A stretch of 31,666 bases of DNA, taken from positions 1-31,666 of the IMG/VR virus record IMGVR_UViG_3300032322_003129. One strand, written 5' to 3'. The stretch comes from a virus (Duplodnaviria; Caudoviricetes). Numbering within the stretch: the first letter of the stretch is position 1; every line of letters begins with the position of its first letter. The notes beneath the pieces are model-generated. The model was not told the origin of the DNA and made no database searches. It saw only the letters and a list, made by a program, of their open reading frames with translations. Positions 1-8,756 of the stretch are shown piece after piece. Position numbers and translations under genes: made by a program.

Positions 1-2
1 AA

Positions 3-299
3 CAAGTCTATAAAGAAATTAGTGATAAAGAAGATAATGGGGAATTGAAAAGAGGTGATATTTTTCTAACAAAAGAAGGAACCATAATTACTTTCATCAA
101 TAATAATCATGTCTGGTTTCATGTTCCAAAGAAATTATATGATTTACTAATTTCATTGAAAGGAAAAGAGGTAACAATAGTTGGTGGTGCTGATTCAGAG
201 TGTCTTGAAGATATAGTGACAACAGCCGAATCTTTGGGTGTTAAAATAAAGAGAGATTATAAATTCATTTATTCGGCTAATCATTGTCCGATAAAATAA
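3..299 (+). CDS. hypothetical protein, 5'-truncated (possibly cysteine hydrolase/isochorismatase-like C-terminus)
   Basis: The frame is open from the window edge (caa gtc tat aaa...) through the TTG at 45 to TAA at 299. VTIVGGADSECL loosely recalls isochorismatase-family motifs. Confidence 0.5.
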   Translation, partial: QVYKEISDKEDNGELKRGDIFLTKEGTIITFINNNHVWFHVPKKLYDLLISLKGKEVTIVGGADSECLEDIVTTAESLGVKIKRDYKFIYSANHCPIK

Positions 300-300
300 A

Positions 301-678
301 CTACCTAACTACGGCGTCTACTTCATAGCCATTAACTGTAAAGTTAATAACCATGTATTCTTGATATCTTTCTGGATCTTCAAAAAACTCAACTAATAGT
401 TCATACTCTACATTATCTAATTCAGGAATATAGTCAGAAATTTGAGCTCTCAATTCAGCTTCAACTCCTTCCGCTGAAATTCTAGTCTCATTTAATAATG
501 CCGTCAAATTTCCACCAAAATTAGGATCACCTAACAACTCACCCTTATTAGTAAATATAATCATTTCGTACTTTTGGATGATAACTCTAATGACCTCATC
601 TTCAATAATTTCAGTACTTCTGAATCTTGGGTGACCAGGGTATCCTATATAAAAGTCGATGAAGTTGAAATTACTCAT
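301..678 (-). CDS. baseplate wedge subunit, T4 gp25-like
   Basis: 125 aa with TNKGELLGDPNFG, resembling the gp25 T-x-x-GE-R...P-x-FG motif. ATATATA motif 5 nt upstream. Confidence 0.7.
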   Translation of the reverse strand: MSNFNFIDFYIGYPGHPRFRSTEIIEDEVIRVIIQKYEMIIFTNKGELLGDPNFGGNLTALLNETRISAEGVEAELRAQISDYIPELDNVEYELLVEFFEDPERYQEYMVINFTVNGYEVDAVVR

Positions 679-689
679 GACTCTATATA

Positions 690-1655
690 TTAATTAATCA
701 ATATGTCTCTAAGTTTTCCAATTATAGTCATTCCTAATATTATAGGATCTGTGTTATTAAGTAATTTATCTTTATAATCCGTAACAATATAGTTACATTC
801 AAAAAGTAAATCTACTTTATTGGATTTTTCTTTAATTATAAATTCAACAAAAGGTTTTTCTAAAAAAGATATCATTACGTCGATTTTTTCAGGTCCGAAA
901 TTAGTCATTAAATAATGATAAATCTCTTCATAATTTCTACTCTTATCGAACAACAGCTCATAAAGACTATTTTTATTTGCTTCAGATACAACAATTGATG
1001 AATCTGACATCCCAGTTTGTAGATAGTTCTGAACAGAAACTAAAGTACTCCTAAAGTCTGGAAAATTCTTTTTTACAATATTTACTAACTCTGTCTTAGG
1101 AATATCTTTATTTTCTTCAGGTAGTATTACGTTTGAAATCTTCTTGAAAATCTCTTGTTTTAAGTATTTTTCTTCTTCTAAATTTTCACAATCGAAATTT
1201 ATCTGTGGAATTCTTGATTTTATTCCATCAGAAATTTTATTTATGTGATTAGTCGTTATGATAAATCTGACATTTCTATGATATTTTTCAATAAATGCCT
1301 TGAACGCGTCTTGAAATTCTGCAGAAGTTCTCTCAAACTCATCCAAAAAAACATATTTTAAGTCAGAATCAGTCGACATCATCGGAGTAAATTTACAAAA
1401 ATCCTCTATCTCACTTCTTAGCACATTGATAGATGTAGCCATAGAACTATTAATCTCTAAAAAAGGTTTTTCTTTGGAATATTTACCAATTAAGATACGG
1501 GCGAGTGAAGTTTTACCGGTACCAAAGTGTCCATAAAATATGTAACTCTGATTTACTCCATTTTCGAAATGTTTTCTAATTCTTGGAACTAAAATTAAAT
1601 CATCTAATTTTTTTGGCCTCCACTTTTCCCAAAGAAGTAAATTTGATACACTCAT
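690..1655 (-). CDS. sliding clamp loader ATPase subunit (T4 gp44 / RFC small subunit-like)
   Basis: N-terminal LWEKWRPKKLDD, Walker A GHFGTGKTS, Walker B FLDEFE, FIITTN sensor and SRI (SRC-like) motif. Confidence 0.9.
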   Translation of the reverse strand: MSVSNLLLWEKWRPKKLDDLILVPRIRKHFENGVNQSYIFYGHFGTGKTSLARILIGKYSKEKPFLEINSSMATSINVLRSEIEDFCKFTPMMSTDSDLKYVFLDEFERTSAEFQDAFKAFIEKYHRNVRFIITTNHINKISDGIKSRIPQINFDCENLEEEKYLKQEIFKKISNVILPEENKDIPKTELVNIVKKNFPDFRSTLVSVQNYLQTGMSDSSIVVSEANKNSLYELLFDKSRNYEEIYHYLMTNFGPEKIDVMISFLEKPFVEFIIKEKSNKVDLLFECNYIVTDYKDKLLNNTDPIILGMTIIGKLRDILIN

Positions 1656-1738
1656 AATACAAAATGTTTGATTATTACTTTTATGATATGAAAACTAAAA
1701 GTTTTTATATATACCTATATAATTACTATTTGATATAA

Positions 1739-2848
1739 ATGATTGGTGAAAGGTTTAATTTTGAGGACGTTTTTTTCAGAGATTTGACAGTCTGTGTTTT
1801 AGATACATTAGAAGGTCAGGTCAATTGGATTAACAGATTTTCTTCGGGTGATGTCTATGTACAAGTACCATTTTACTATTCACTTACTGGTGATGAAAGA
1901 TTCTTATTAGATACATTTTCTGATGACGTTGTTTCAGAAAATAGATTTGTCGAGTTAAATACCGATATCATACCGAGAGGTCATTTAACAATGACCGGAT
2001 TTAATATTAAGTCAGATGAGTTTGCTAATCCAAATGTTTGGCTAAGAATGGTTGTTGAAAATGAGGTAGAAATAAGAAAGGTTTTAGCTAAAGTTAGGGC
2101 AATTCCAATTACTGTAAATTATGAACTGACTATTTTATTATCAAGTGAAATAGACACTTTTAAATGTAGTCAGGCACTTATGGACACAATGTGGATTTAC
2201 AAGTTTATGTATTTTGAACATAACTTTATGAACATAGATGCTGTAATAATTATGCCAGATACTAATCAAATCGAAATGAGTAGAGAAAAAAACCTTACTT
2301 CTGATAATAACATTAGACTGAAAGCCTCTTTCGAAGTTTCAACTTACTATCCAGCATTCAGAAAAGATAGAGTAAGCTCAACTGGATATCCGAGATTTTA
2401 TGGTACGGGTATGACAGACTTAAACGGTTTTTCCTTATCTGGTGGCGTGTCAGACTTTTTTGCTCAACCAGGAAGAGAAAACAATCCTTATGATTACATA
2501 GGAGGTCAGAACTCTACAATTGCGTCTCAATTTGGATCAGTTGGAGGAACTGAAAATGCTTCTGGTTCAGGAGCACCAAACGGAGGTTTTGGTTCAACTG
2601 GTAGTTTCTATAGCTCTCAAACTGCTGGTGGAAATCCATTAGGTAGTGGAGCAGCGAGAAATATTTCTGGTGGTAGATTTGTCAATGATCCAGATTATTA
2701 CATAGTAGCACCAAAAAGAACAAGATGGTTTAATAATATACTTAAAGCAAGAGAAAGAACTTCGACACCAATTAACAACCCAAATGCTGGTCCTCCGAGT
2801 AGTTCTAACGATGGTGCTTCAGGTGATTATATAGATCCGAATAGATAG
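1739..2848 (+). CDS. putative tail sheath stabilizer/completion protein (T4 gp15-like) with Gly/Ser-rich C-terminal extension
   Basis: VQVPFYYS...ERFL, IPRGHL, IPITVNYEL pattern resembles gp15-like proteins. Virion context and late motif at 1707-1713. Confidence 0.55.
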   Translation: MIGERFNFEDVFFRDLTVCVLDTLEGQVNWINRFSSGDVYVQVPFYYSLTGDERFLLDTFSDDVVSENRFVELNTDIIPRGHLTMTGFNIKSDEFANPNVWLRMVVENEVEIRKVLAKVRAIPITVNYELTILLSSEIDTFKCSQALMDTMWIYKFMYFEHNFMNIDAVIIMPDTNQIEMSREKNLTSDNNIRLKASFEVSTYYPAFRKDRVSSTGYPRFYGTGMTDLNGFSLSGGVSDFFAQPGRENNPYDYIGGQNSTIASQFGSVGGTENASGSGAPNGGFGSTGSFYSSQTAGGNPLGSGAARNISGGRFVNDPDYYIVAPKRTRWFNNILKARERTSTPINNPNAGPPSSSNDGASGDYIDPNR

Positions 2849-2917
2849 TTTAAAAATGACAAAAAATCATTTTTTATACATAATATATAGAATAAATAAA
2901 AAAAAATATTTTAAAGT

Positions 2918-4201
2918 ATGAAGAATCTTAAACTCGAATTGTTTAACTTCAAAAGGGAACTTTCACTTGAGCAAGATGAGATTTCTGTTATAATAGAAGG
3001 ACATATGAACGCTTGTAATGAGCACTCTGAAAAATCAATTATTTTATCTCTTAACGAGAGACTAAAAGCGTACACTTATGACAAACAAGTTAAATCTCTT
3101 CTTGAAGGTCTTAATGATGATATGAAAAACCATGAGTTAATTTATGAATTGAAAAATTTATACAATGTACTTAACTCAAAAAATCAAGGAGAATTATATA
3201 GACAACCTATTAATGTTCTTTTACAAACAATTAATTTAGATTCTGATCAAGACAGAATGTCTAAAGTATTGAATGAATTAGCAGTTTATGACTGGGTTCC
3301 AGAAATTAAACTTTTCGTTCATAACTTAACTTCATCACCAGAAAAAAGAAATAATCTATTGAGTGGTGGTAAAGGTGAATCTATATTCACGATCGTTGAA
3401 CAAGTTGAAGATGGTCATATTGCGTTAATCAGAGATTCTTGGTTCCTTCTAACTGAAAATTCAATTGAAAAAACTCTTCTTGAAAACAATGTGAAAGATG
3501 AAGAAAGTTTAATGACTCTAAGAACTTTAGAAACAGCTATGAAGTATGCTTCTGTAGATGAAGATAGAGTTAACTTTAGAATATCTGAGTATTTAACATT
3601 GGGTCTATCAGTTACTAAAAAAGGATTATTATTTATTAATGACGATGAAATGAATGAAGAAACTACGTTAGAAAGTTTATTTAACTCACCAATCGTTCCG
3701 ATTGTAAATAAAAACTTTTATCCAATCATTCTTGAGGTTTCTCAGAATTTAGACAAGTTTGTTGAATTAGATGTTGTTAAGAAAGTTCAAAACTTAGTAA
3801 ATCCTTATTTAGAGTGTTTTGCATTCAACTACAAGAACAATACTTATCTTTATAGAGTTGATGAAAGATATGGTAACTCATTCTTCAAATACGAATCAGC
3901 AATTGAATTAGTAAATGAAGTTAGAAATGAATTAAATTATGACTTAACATATTTCTATGAGAACAAATTAAGTAAAGAAATCGTAGTTAAAAGAAAATTA
4001 GAAGATAAAGAAAGAGAAATTTCACTGAAACTTGAAGATGTTCAATTCAATATCGAAAAAGTAAAAAATTCAATGCAATTAATTGGTGAATCTGAAGTAC
4101 TTTCAACTGCACTTAATAACCTAGAAAAAAGAAAATCAAACTTAGAAACTGAGTTACAAGGTGTTAAAGAACTTCAATACAACGAAAGAATCAAACTTTA
4201 A
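2918..4201 (+). CDS. hypothetical protein with C-terminal coiled coil (probably late/virion)
   Basis: 427 aa clean ORF with a late motif at 2883-2889 and a terminator immediately downstream. Confidence 0.75.
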   Translation: MKNLKLELFNFKRELSLEQDEISVIIEGHMNACNEHSEKSIILSLNERLKAYTYDKQVKSLLEGLNDDMKNHELIYELKNLYNVLNSKNQGELYRQPINVLLQTINLDSDQDRMSKVLNELAVYDWVPEIKLFVHNLTSSPEKRNNLLSGGKGESIFTIVEQVEDGHIALIRDSWFLLTENSIEKTLLENNVKDEESLMTLRTLETAMKYASVDEDRVNFRISEYLTLGLSVTKKGLLFINDDEMNEETTLESLFNSPIVPIVNKNFYPIILEVSQNLDKFVELDVVKKVQNLVNPYLECFAFNYKNNTYLYRVDERYGNSFFKYESAIELVNEVRNELNYDLTYFYENKLSKEIVVKRKLEDKEREISLKLEDVQFNIEKVKNSMQLIGESEVLSTALNNLEKRKSNLETELQGVKELQYNERIKL

Positions 4202-4215
4202 TTATTAAAATTAAT

Positions 4216-4247
4216 AAAAAAAACCCTCGAATTTCGGGGGTTTTTTT
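4216..4247 (+). terminator. intrinsic terminator (possibly bidirectional)
   Basis: A-tract, ccctcga/tcggggg hairpin, T-tract. Confidence 0.75.
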
Positions 4248-4333
4248 AGTTTTAAACTTTTGTAGTGAATTAATATATAAAACAAAGTAAAAGCTTTGAA
4301 GGTAAATAACCTTATAAAAAATAGCTTAAATGA

Positions 4334-4699
4334 ATGTACTTAAATAACAAAGATCTCTACGTCGAAATAATCGTATCAAAAGCACAAGGAAAATTAACAA
4401 GAAATGCTGAAAAAATGCTAGAACTACTAGCAAAGAAAACAATCAAAAAAATGAGATACTGGTCTAATGATGACAAACTTGATTGTTATCAATCCGGACT
4501 ATTAGATATGTTTCAAAACTGGTATAATTTTAATGAAGACAAATCAGTAAATGCTTTTGCTTATTTTACTGAAGTTTTTAAAAGAGGCATAGCTAAAGGT
4601 TACAACGAATTATATAAAAAGAAAGGTGACAACGAACATCTAATCAAATTAATATCAATAGAAGGATCAAATGATGGTCAAGGATTACACTCAATCTAA
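4334..4699 (+). CDS. late transcription sigma factor, T4 gp55-like
   Basis: MYLNNKDL and NFNEDKSVNAFAYFTE match the conserved gp55 segments (YVNNKEL...NF..K..N..AY.T). Confidence 0.7.
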   Translation: MYLNNKDLYVEIIVSKAQGKLTRNAEKMLELLAKKTIKKMRYWSNDDKLDCYQSGLLDMFQNWYNFNEDKSVNAFAYFTEVFKRGIAKGYNELYKKKGDNEHLIKLISIEGSNDGQGLHSI

Positions 4700-4793
4700 T
4701 GAAAAGAATAATTCTTAAAATACTTCTTTATTTCACTTTTAAGATTAAGAAATCAAGATCTAAGTCAATTTGGGAATTATAAAAACTTAAAGA

Positions 4794-5630
4794 TTAGTTT
4801 AATTTAATTTTCCAAACAACTGGATTTATCTTACTTAGGCAGTAGTAAGACATTCTTCTATTACCTCCGACTAAATACCATTTACCATTTATTTCAATAA
4901 TAGAACTAAGTGGCATTTTTTCACCTCTTTCAATAGCTTTATCAAAGTGGTCGAAAGAACCACTTGCGTAGTTTTTATACATCGATGCTAATTGATAAGC
5001 TTCTTTATCTATATCTGGAAAATATTTAAATACTCCCGAAGTATTAAAACGGTCTTCAGCGCCCTTTTCTTTTAAGAAGTCCATAATTTTTTCATATGAA
5101 AACTTCATTTTAGTATAATTATCACTATCTTTTCTATATTCGTCAAATCCAGCTCTTCCGATTTCATTTGAATCATTTGCCAATTTCTCAACATCATCCT
5201 CTGTCATTTGATAAGGGGTACCTGTCCAGAATAATTTTCTAGCAAATTTGATGAAATCATAGTATTTAGTTGCATCAACTTCTTTACCACCTTTCTTTAG
5301 ATGAAATTTTTTCATCTTTAGTAAGTCATTAGAGGTCACTGGTTCATTACTCGGATTAGTTGGCTTTCCAGATTGGTCTTCACATTGTGGTTCAAACTCT
5401 TCTGGTTCAAAGTCCATTGCCTTTCCTACTTCACCAAATATTGATTTATCTATAGAAAATTTTTCACCTCCGATAATAAATTCTTCTGGAAGTTCATTTC
5501 TTAAGTCGTTGAATATTCTGAATAATTCTTTAACCTCAAATTCCCCAACTCCCCAGTTTATTTTCTGTGTTGGTGACACTAATTCTTCTTTGATTAGTTT
5601 GAATTTAGAATATGATTTCAAAAATTTCAT
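4794..5630 (-). CDS. hypothetical protein with C-terminal ParB/Srx-like motif
   Basis: MPLSSIIEINGKWYLVGGNRR resembles the ParB/Srx core. N-terminal leader MKFLKSYSKFKLIKEE. Confidence 0.55.
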   Translation of the reverse strand: MKFLKSYSKFKLIKEELVSPTQKINWGVGEFEVKELFRIFNDLRNELPEEFIIGGEKFSIDKSIFGEVGKAMDFEPEEFEPQCEDQSGKPTNPSNEPVTSNDLLKMKKFHLKKGGKEVDATKYYDFIKFARKLFWTGTPYQMTEDDVEKLANDSNEIGRAGFDEYRKDSDNYTKMKFSYEKIMDFLKEKGAEDRFNTSGVFKYFPDIDKEAYQLASMYKNYASGSFDHFDKAIERGEKMPLSSIIEINGKWYLVGGNRRMSYYCLSKINPVVWKIKLN

Positions 5631-5682
5631 AAACTATATATTAATAGTTTAATCTATTTTTTGTTAAAATTCTATTTTTATA

Positions 5683-6762
5683 TTAATTAGCAACTTCTAT
5701 TTCGGTAAATATAGTCTGTAACATTCTTTCAGAAACCAAATAAGGATCACAATTTGAAGCAGGTCTTCTGTCTTCAAAATAACCTCTACCTTCTACAATT
5801 GCCTGAGCTGGTATTCTAATTGATGTGTCTCTGGTGCTGTAGCCAAAGCTAAATTCATTGATTCCGGAAGTTTCGTGTTTTCCGGTTAATCTTTTTTCAT
5901 TGTGAAGCCCATATACTTTTATGTGACTCATATGATTTTTTTCTAACTTTTGCATCGATTCTTTTATAACTTCGATTCCACCTTCTTCTCTCATTTCTTT
6001 TGTTGAGAAATTAACGTGACATCCTGTTCCATTCCAGTCACCATCAAGTGGTTTTGGGTGAAGTGAAACATTTACGTTATGTTTTTCAGCAACTCTATCT
6101 AAAATGTATCTAGATATCCAAAGTTGGTCTGAGCCATTTAATGATGTAACTGGACCAATTTGATATTCCCATTGGCCTAATAAAACTTCAGCGTTTATAC
6201 CAGAGATATTAAGTCCAATTTCCATACATAGGTTCATATGTTCTTCTGCAATCTCACGACCAATAACGGTATCAGCTCCAATACCACAATAGTAATCACC
6301 CTGAGCTCGCGGAGTTTTACCAGTTTCAAATCCTAATGGTAATCCAATTCCCTCACCAAATGGCATATGTGGTTTATGTGTCAAAGTATATTCTTGTTCC
6401 CATCCAAACCAAGGAAGTTTATCAAAATCCTGATTTTCTGAGAATTTTAGTTCGTTAAGTCTTTCAGACAATTGTCTTCTGTGATTTGTCACATGAGTGG
6501 TTCCATCTGGATTTAACACCTCACAAAAGACTAATTTGTTTGGCGAACCTCTAAAAGGATCAGTAACAACAAAAACTGGTTTCAATAAACAATCTGTATT
6601 TTCTCCCCTTCCGGCTTTTGCTTGTAAAGTTGAACTTCCATCAAAAGACCAAACTGGGAAATCAGATGGGTTCATTGAATTGATTTCAGTAGTAATTTTT
6701 GTTTTACTTCTAAGTCTCTGAGGTTCAGAACCATCAAGCCATATATACTCTAATTTTTGCAT
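5683..6762 (-). CDS. glnII: glutamine synthetase, type II
   Basis: LEYIWLDG, WSFDGSST, PWFGWEQEY, GINAEVLLGQWEYQIGP, HPKP..GDWNGTGCH, RLTGKHET and GYFEDRRPASNCDPY. The 359 aa length is typical of GSII. Confidence 0.95.
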   Translation of the reverse strand: MQKLEYIWLDGSEPQRLRSKTKITTEINSMNPSDFPVWSFDGSSTLQAKAGRGENTDCLLKPVFVVTDPFRGSPNKLVFCEVLNPDGTTHVTNHRRQLSERLNELKFSENQDFDKLPWFGWEQEYTLTHKPHMPFGEGIGLPLGFETGKTPRAQGDYYCGIGADTVIGREIAEEHMNLCMEIGLNISGINAEVLLGQWEYQIGPVTSLNGSDQLWISRYILDRVAEKHNVNVSLHPKPLDGDWNGTGCHVNFSTKEMREEGGIEVIKESMQKLEKNHMSHIKVYGLHNEKRLTGKHETSGINEFSFGYSTRDTSIRIPAQAIVEGRGYFEDRRPASNCDPYLVSERMLQTIFTEIEVAN

Positions 6763-6833
6763 AAATAAATATTTTTTTATTTTATTAAACTTAAAAGAAA
6801 TTGTTTATAAAATCTTATGAATAAATTCATCTT

Positions 6834-7115
6834 ATGAACAAAGTTTTCTTACAAATTTGGGAACAATCACATCCAAACAATGATATTACACCAGATGGTG
6901 CGAGTCTTCACTTAGAAATGGAAGATAGAAATTTGTGTTTGATAAATTTTCAAAATAAAAAGGTATTAAAAAATCAGTCATATACAAGACCAGTAGGTGA
7001 TTATAGTGAGGTAACCATATCTGATTCTATCTTTGAAAAATTAAAAATCCAAAGAACAATAGTACTAAAAGAAAATGAATTCAATAATTTAATAAAATTT
7101 GAAGATATAAAATGA
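6834..7115 (+). CDS. hypothetical protein
   Basis: 93 aa ORF with ATGA overlap to the next gene. Confidence 0.65.
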   Translation: MNKVFLQIWEQSHPNNDITPDGASLHLEMEDRNLCLINFQNKKVLKNQSYTRPVGDYSEVTISDSIFEKLKIQRTIVLKENEFNNLIKFEDIK

Positions 7116-7429
7116 TTTATTTTTCACTTATTTTTATAGTAATGTATATTTACTATATCTTAAATTACAGAAATCTTGACAAACCTTTTATTCAAAGAGA
7201 TAGAAACTCAAAATTAGATTTAATTTACTACATATTAAAAGTATGTTCATGGGTTTGGATTATCACTGGTGTTTTTTTTACTAATAATATTTTTTTTATC
7301 ATTCTACTTTCAACACTCGTATTAAAAATTCCTCTGTATCACTTAAATAGTTCTTTAGGTTCAGTATGGCACAGATTAATTCCACCAATTCATATAATAA
7401 CTCTATTTTTAATGTTACTCACACATTAA
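7112..7429 (+). CDS. hypothetical membrane protein
   Basis: 105 aa with three to four hydrophobic segments. Confidence 0.65.
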   Translation: MIYFSLIFIVMYIYYILNYRNLDKPFIQRDRNSKLDLIYYILKVCSWVWIITGVFFTNNIFFIILLSTLVLKIPLYHLNSSLGSVWHRLIPPIHIITLFLMLLTH

Positions 7430-7946
7430 ATTTCTTTAGGTGTTCTTCTGTGATAATAATAAAATCATAACCTTTTTTGTTACACCAAGCTATCATAGTT
7501 TCCCACTTGTTTTTATTCTTATAAGCCATTTTTAAGTCGTATTCAAAATTTTTGAGTTTCTTAAGACCTTTTGCTGGAATAGCTAATCTACCTTCATTCA
7601 AGTCCTGTACCATTTTATATTCTTTCATAGGTTTTACTTCTACAACAACTTGTTTTAACGTACCACCATCTAATCTCATTTCATAATAAAAATCTGGGTA
7701 ATAACAATGTTCTTTTATTTTCAAATCACCGCCATCAAAATGTGTCATTTGATATGGTATTCTTAAACACTCTGCTCCCCATTTTGTGATTTTAGTATTA
7801 TGATCCAACCAGGTCATTATTTTCTTTTCCCAAGAACTTCTAAAATAAACACCACCGTGTGTGTTTAATTTGATTATTTTGTCTTTATTCTTTGGTATAT
7901 AATTTCCCTGATTGTAATTAGAATTATTAGGTTTTGAATTTAACAT
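7419..7946 (-). CDS. head completion nuclease, T4 gp4-like (TnsA N-terminal-like endonuclease)
   Basis: YIPKNKDK, FRSSWEKKIMTWLD, YYPDF, VEVKP, NKNKWE...WC...FIIITE. Confidence 0.85.
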   Translation of the reverse strand: MLNSKPNNSNYNQGNYIPKNKDKIIKLNTHGGVYFRSSWEKKIMTWLDHNTKITKWGAECLRIPYQMTHFDGGDLKIKEHCYYPDFYYEMRLDGGTLKQVVVEVKPMKEYKMVQDLNEGRLAIPAKGLKKLKNFEYDLKMAYKNKNKWETMIAWCNKKGYDFIIITEEHLKKFNV

Positions 7947-7993
7947 AACCTTTGAATTGTTTTATTTTTATATATAAAAGAAAAAATGTCTCT

Positions 7994-8686
7994 ATGGCAG
8001 AGTTGATGGAGAGAGTAAAATTGAATCTTTTGGTAAATGGTAATGGAGTTGTAGATAATTTCAAAAACAATTCAATATTTTTTGTTGAAAAGTATTCTAA
8101 AAGTGATAAGTTGGTGACTAACGTTCCTGTAAAAAATATTTTCCCAGGAGGTTTTTACTTTTTTCAATATCATGATAGTTCAAATTGGATGAAATATGCT
8201 CCTGTTTTTGTAGCATCGTATAAGAAGTTTGGTAACAAAATCGTTCTTTTTTGTGTTAATTTTAACTTTATCCCATTAGAGGTAAGAGTTTTAATATTTG
8301 ATAAATTTATTACAGAAGAAGACTTCAGTGAGGACAATTTTCTAAAAGTAGATTATGAAAAAATGTATGATGTGTTAAACTCATTGGGTTTTGCATATGC
8401 CTTAATGGAATTCAATTCTATTCAAATAGCGGCTTGTCATAAAATAAATTTAGAACTTTTACCTCGTTTTCTATACTCTCAACATCCTAAAGCAACATAT
8501 GACCCAAAAAAGTTGATGCAGATTTGGGAAACGAAAATTGAAACTAGAGATGAAAGGCATAAAGAAATGATGTTATCTACAATCTCTGAATTCTATGATA
8601 TTAATAAAGAAATCAGTGATAAATACGATGTTCTTAAAAATCATATATCTAGAATAAGAAGTAGTATAAAAAGATTCGGTTCTTAG
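7994..8686 (+). CDS. DNA end protector protein, T4 gp2-like
   Basis: PGGFYFFQY...APVF...VNFNFIP..R resembles the gp2 core and the gene is adjacent to the gp4-like gene. ATG at 7994 is preferred over TTG at 7952 because the promoter motif lies at 7970-7976. Confidence 0.55.
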   Translation: MAELMERVKLNLLVNGNGVVDNFKNNSIFFVEKYSKSDKLVTNVPVKNIFPGGFYFFQYHDSSNWMKYAPVFVASYKKFGNKIVLFCVNFNFIPLEVRVLIFDKFITEEDFSEDNFLKVDYEKMYDVLNSLGFAYALMEFNSIQIAACHKINLELLPRFLYSQHPKATYDPKKLMQIWETKIETRDERHKEMMLSTISEFYDINKEISDKYDVLKNHISRIRSSIKRFGS

Positions 8687-8756
8687 TAAAACAAGGTGAT
8701 TGGAGAGAGTTTAATTTTTTAATATATAAACCTAAATTATATAATTTTCAAAATCT

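Noticed and set aside
690-1655. Archaeal or eukaryotic origin suggested by the RFC-like gene, GSII and TATA-like motifs
   Set aside because: The T4-type portal, protease, capsid and gp55-like genes, together with tmRNA and RNase R, indicate a bacteriophage.
7419-7946. TnsA-like protein as evidence of a Tn7 transposon
   Set aside because: No tnsB or tnsC is present, and the position next to gp2-like and portal genes fits a head completion nuclease.
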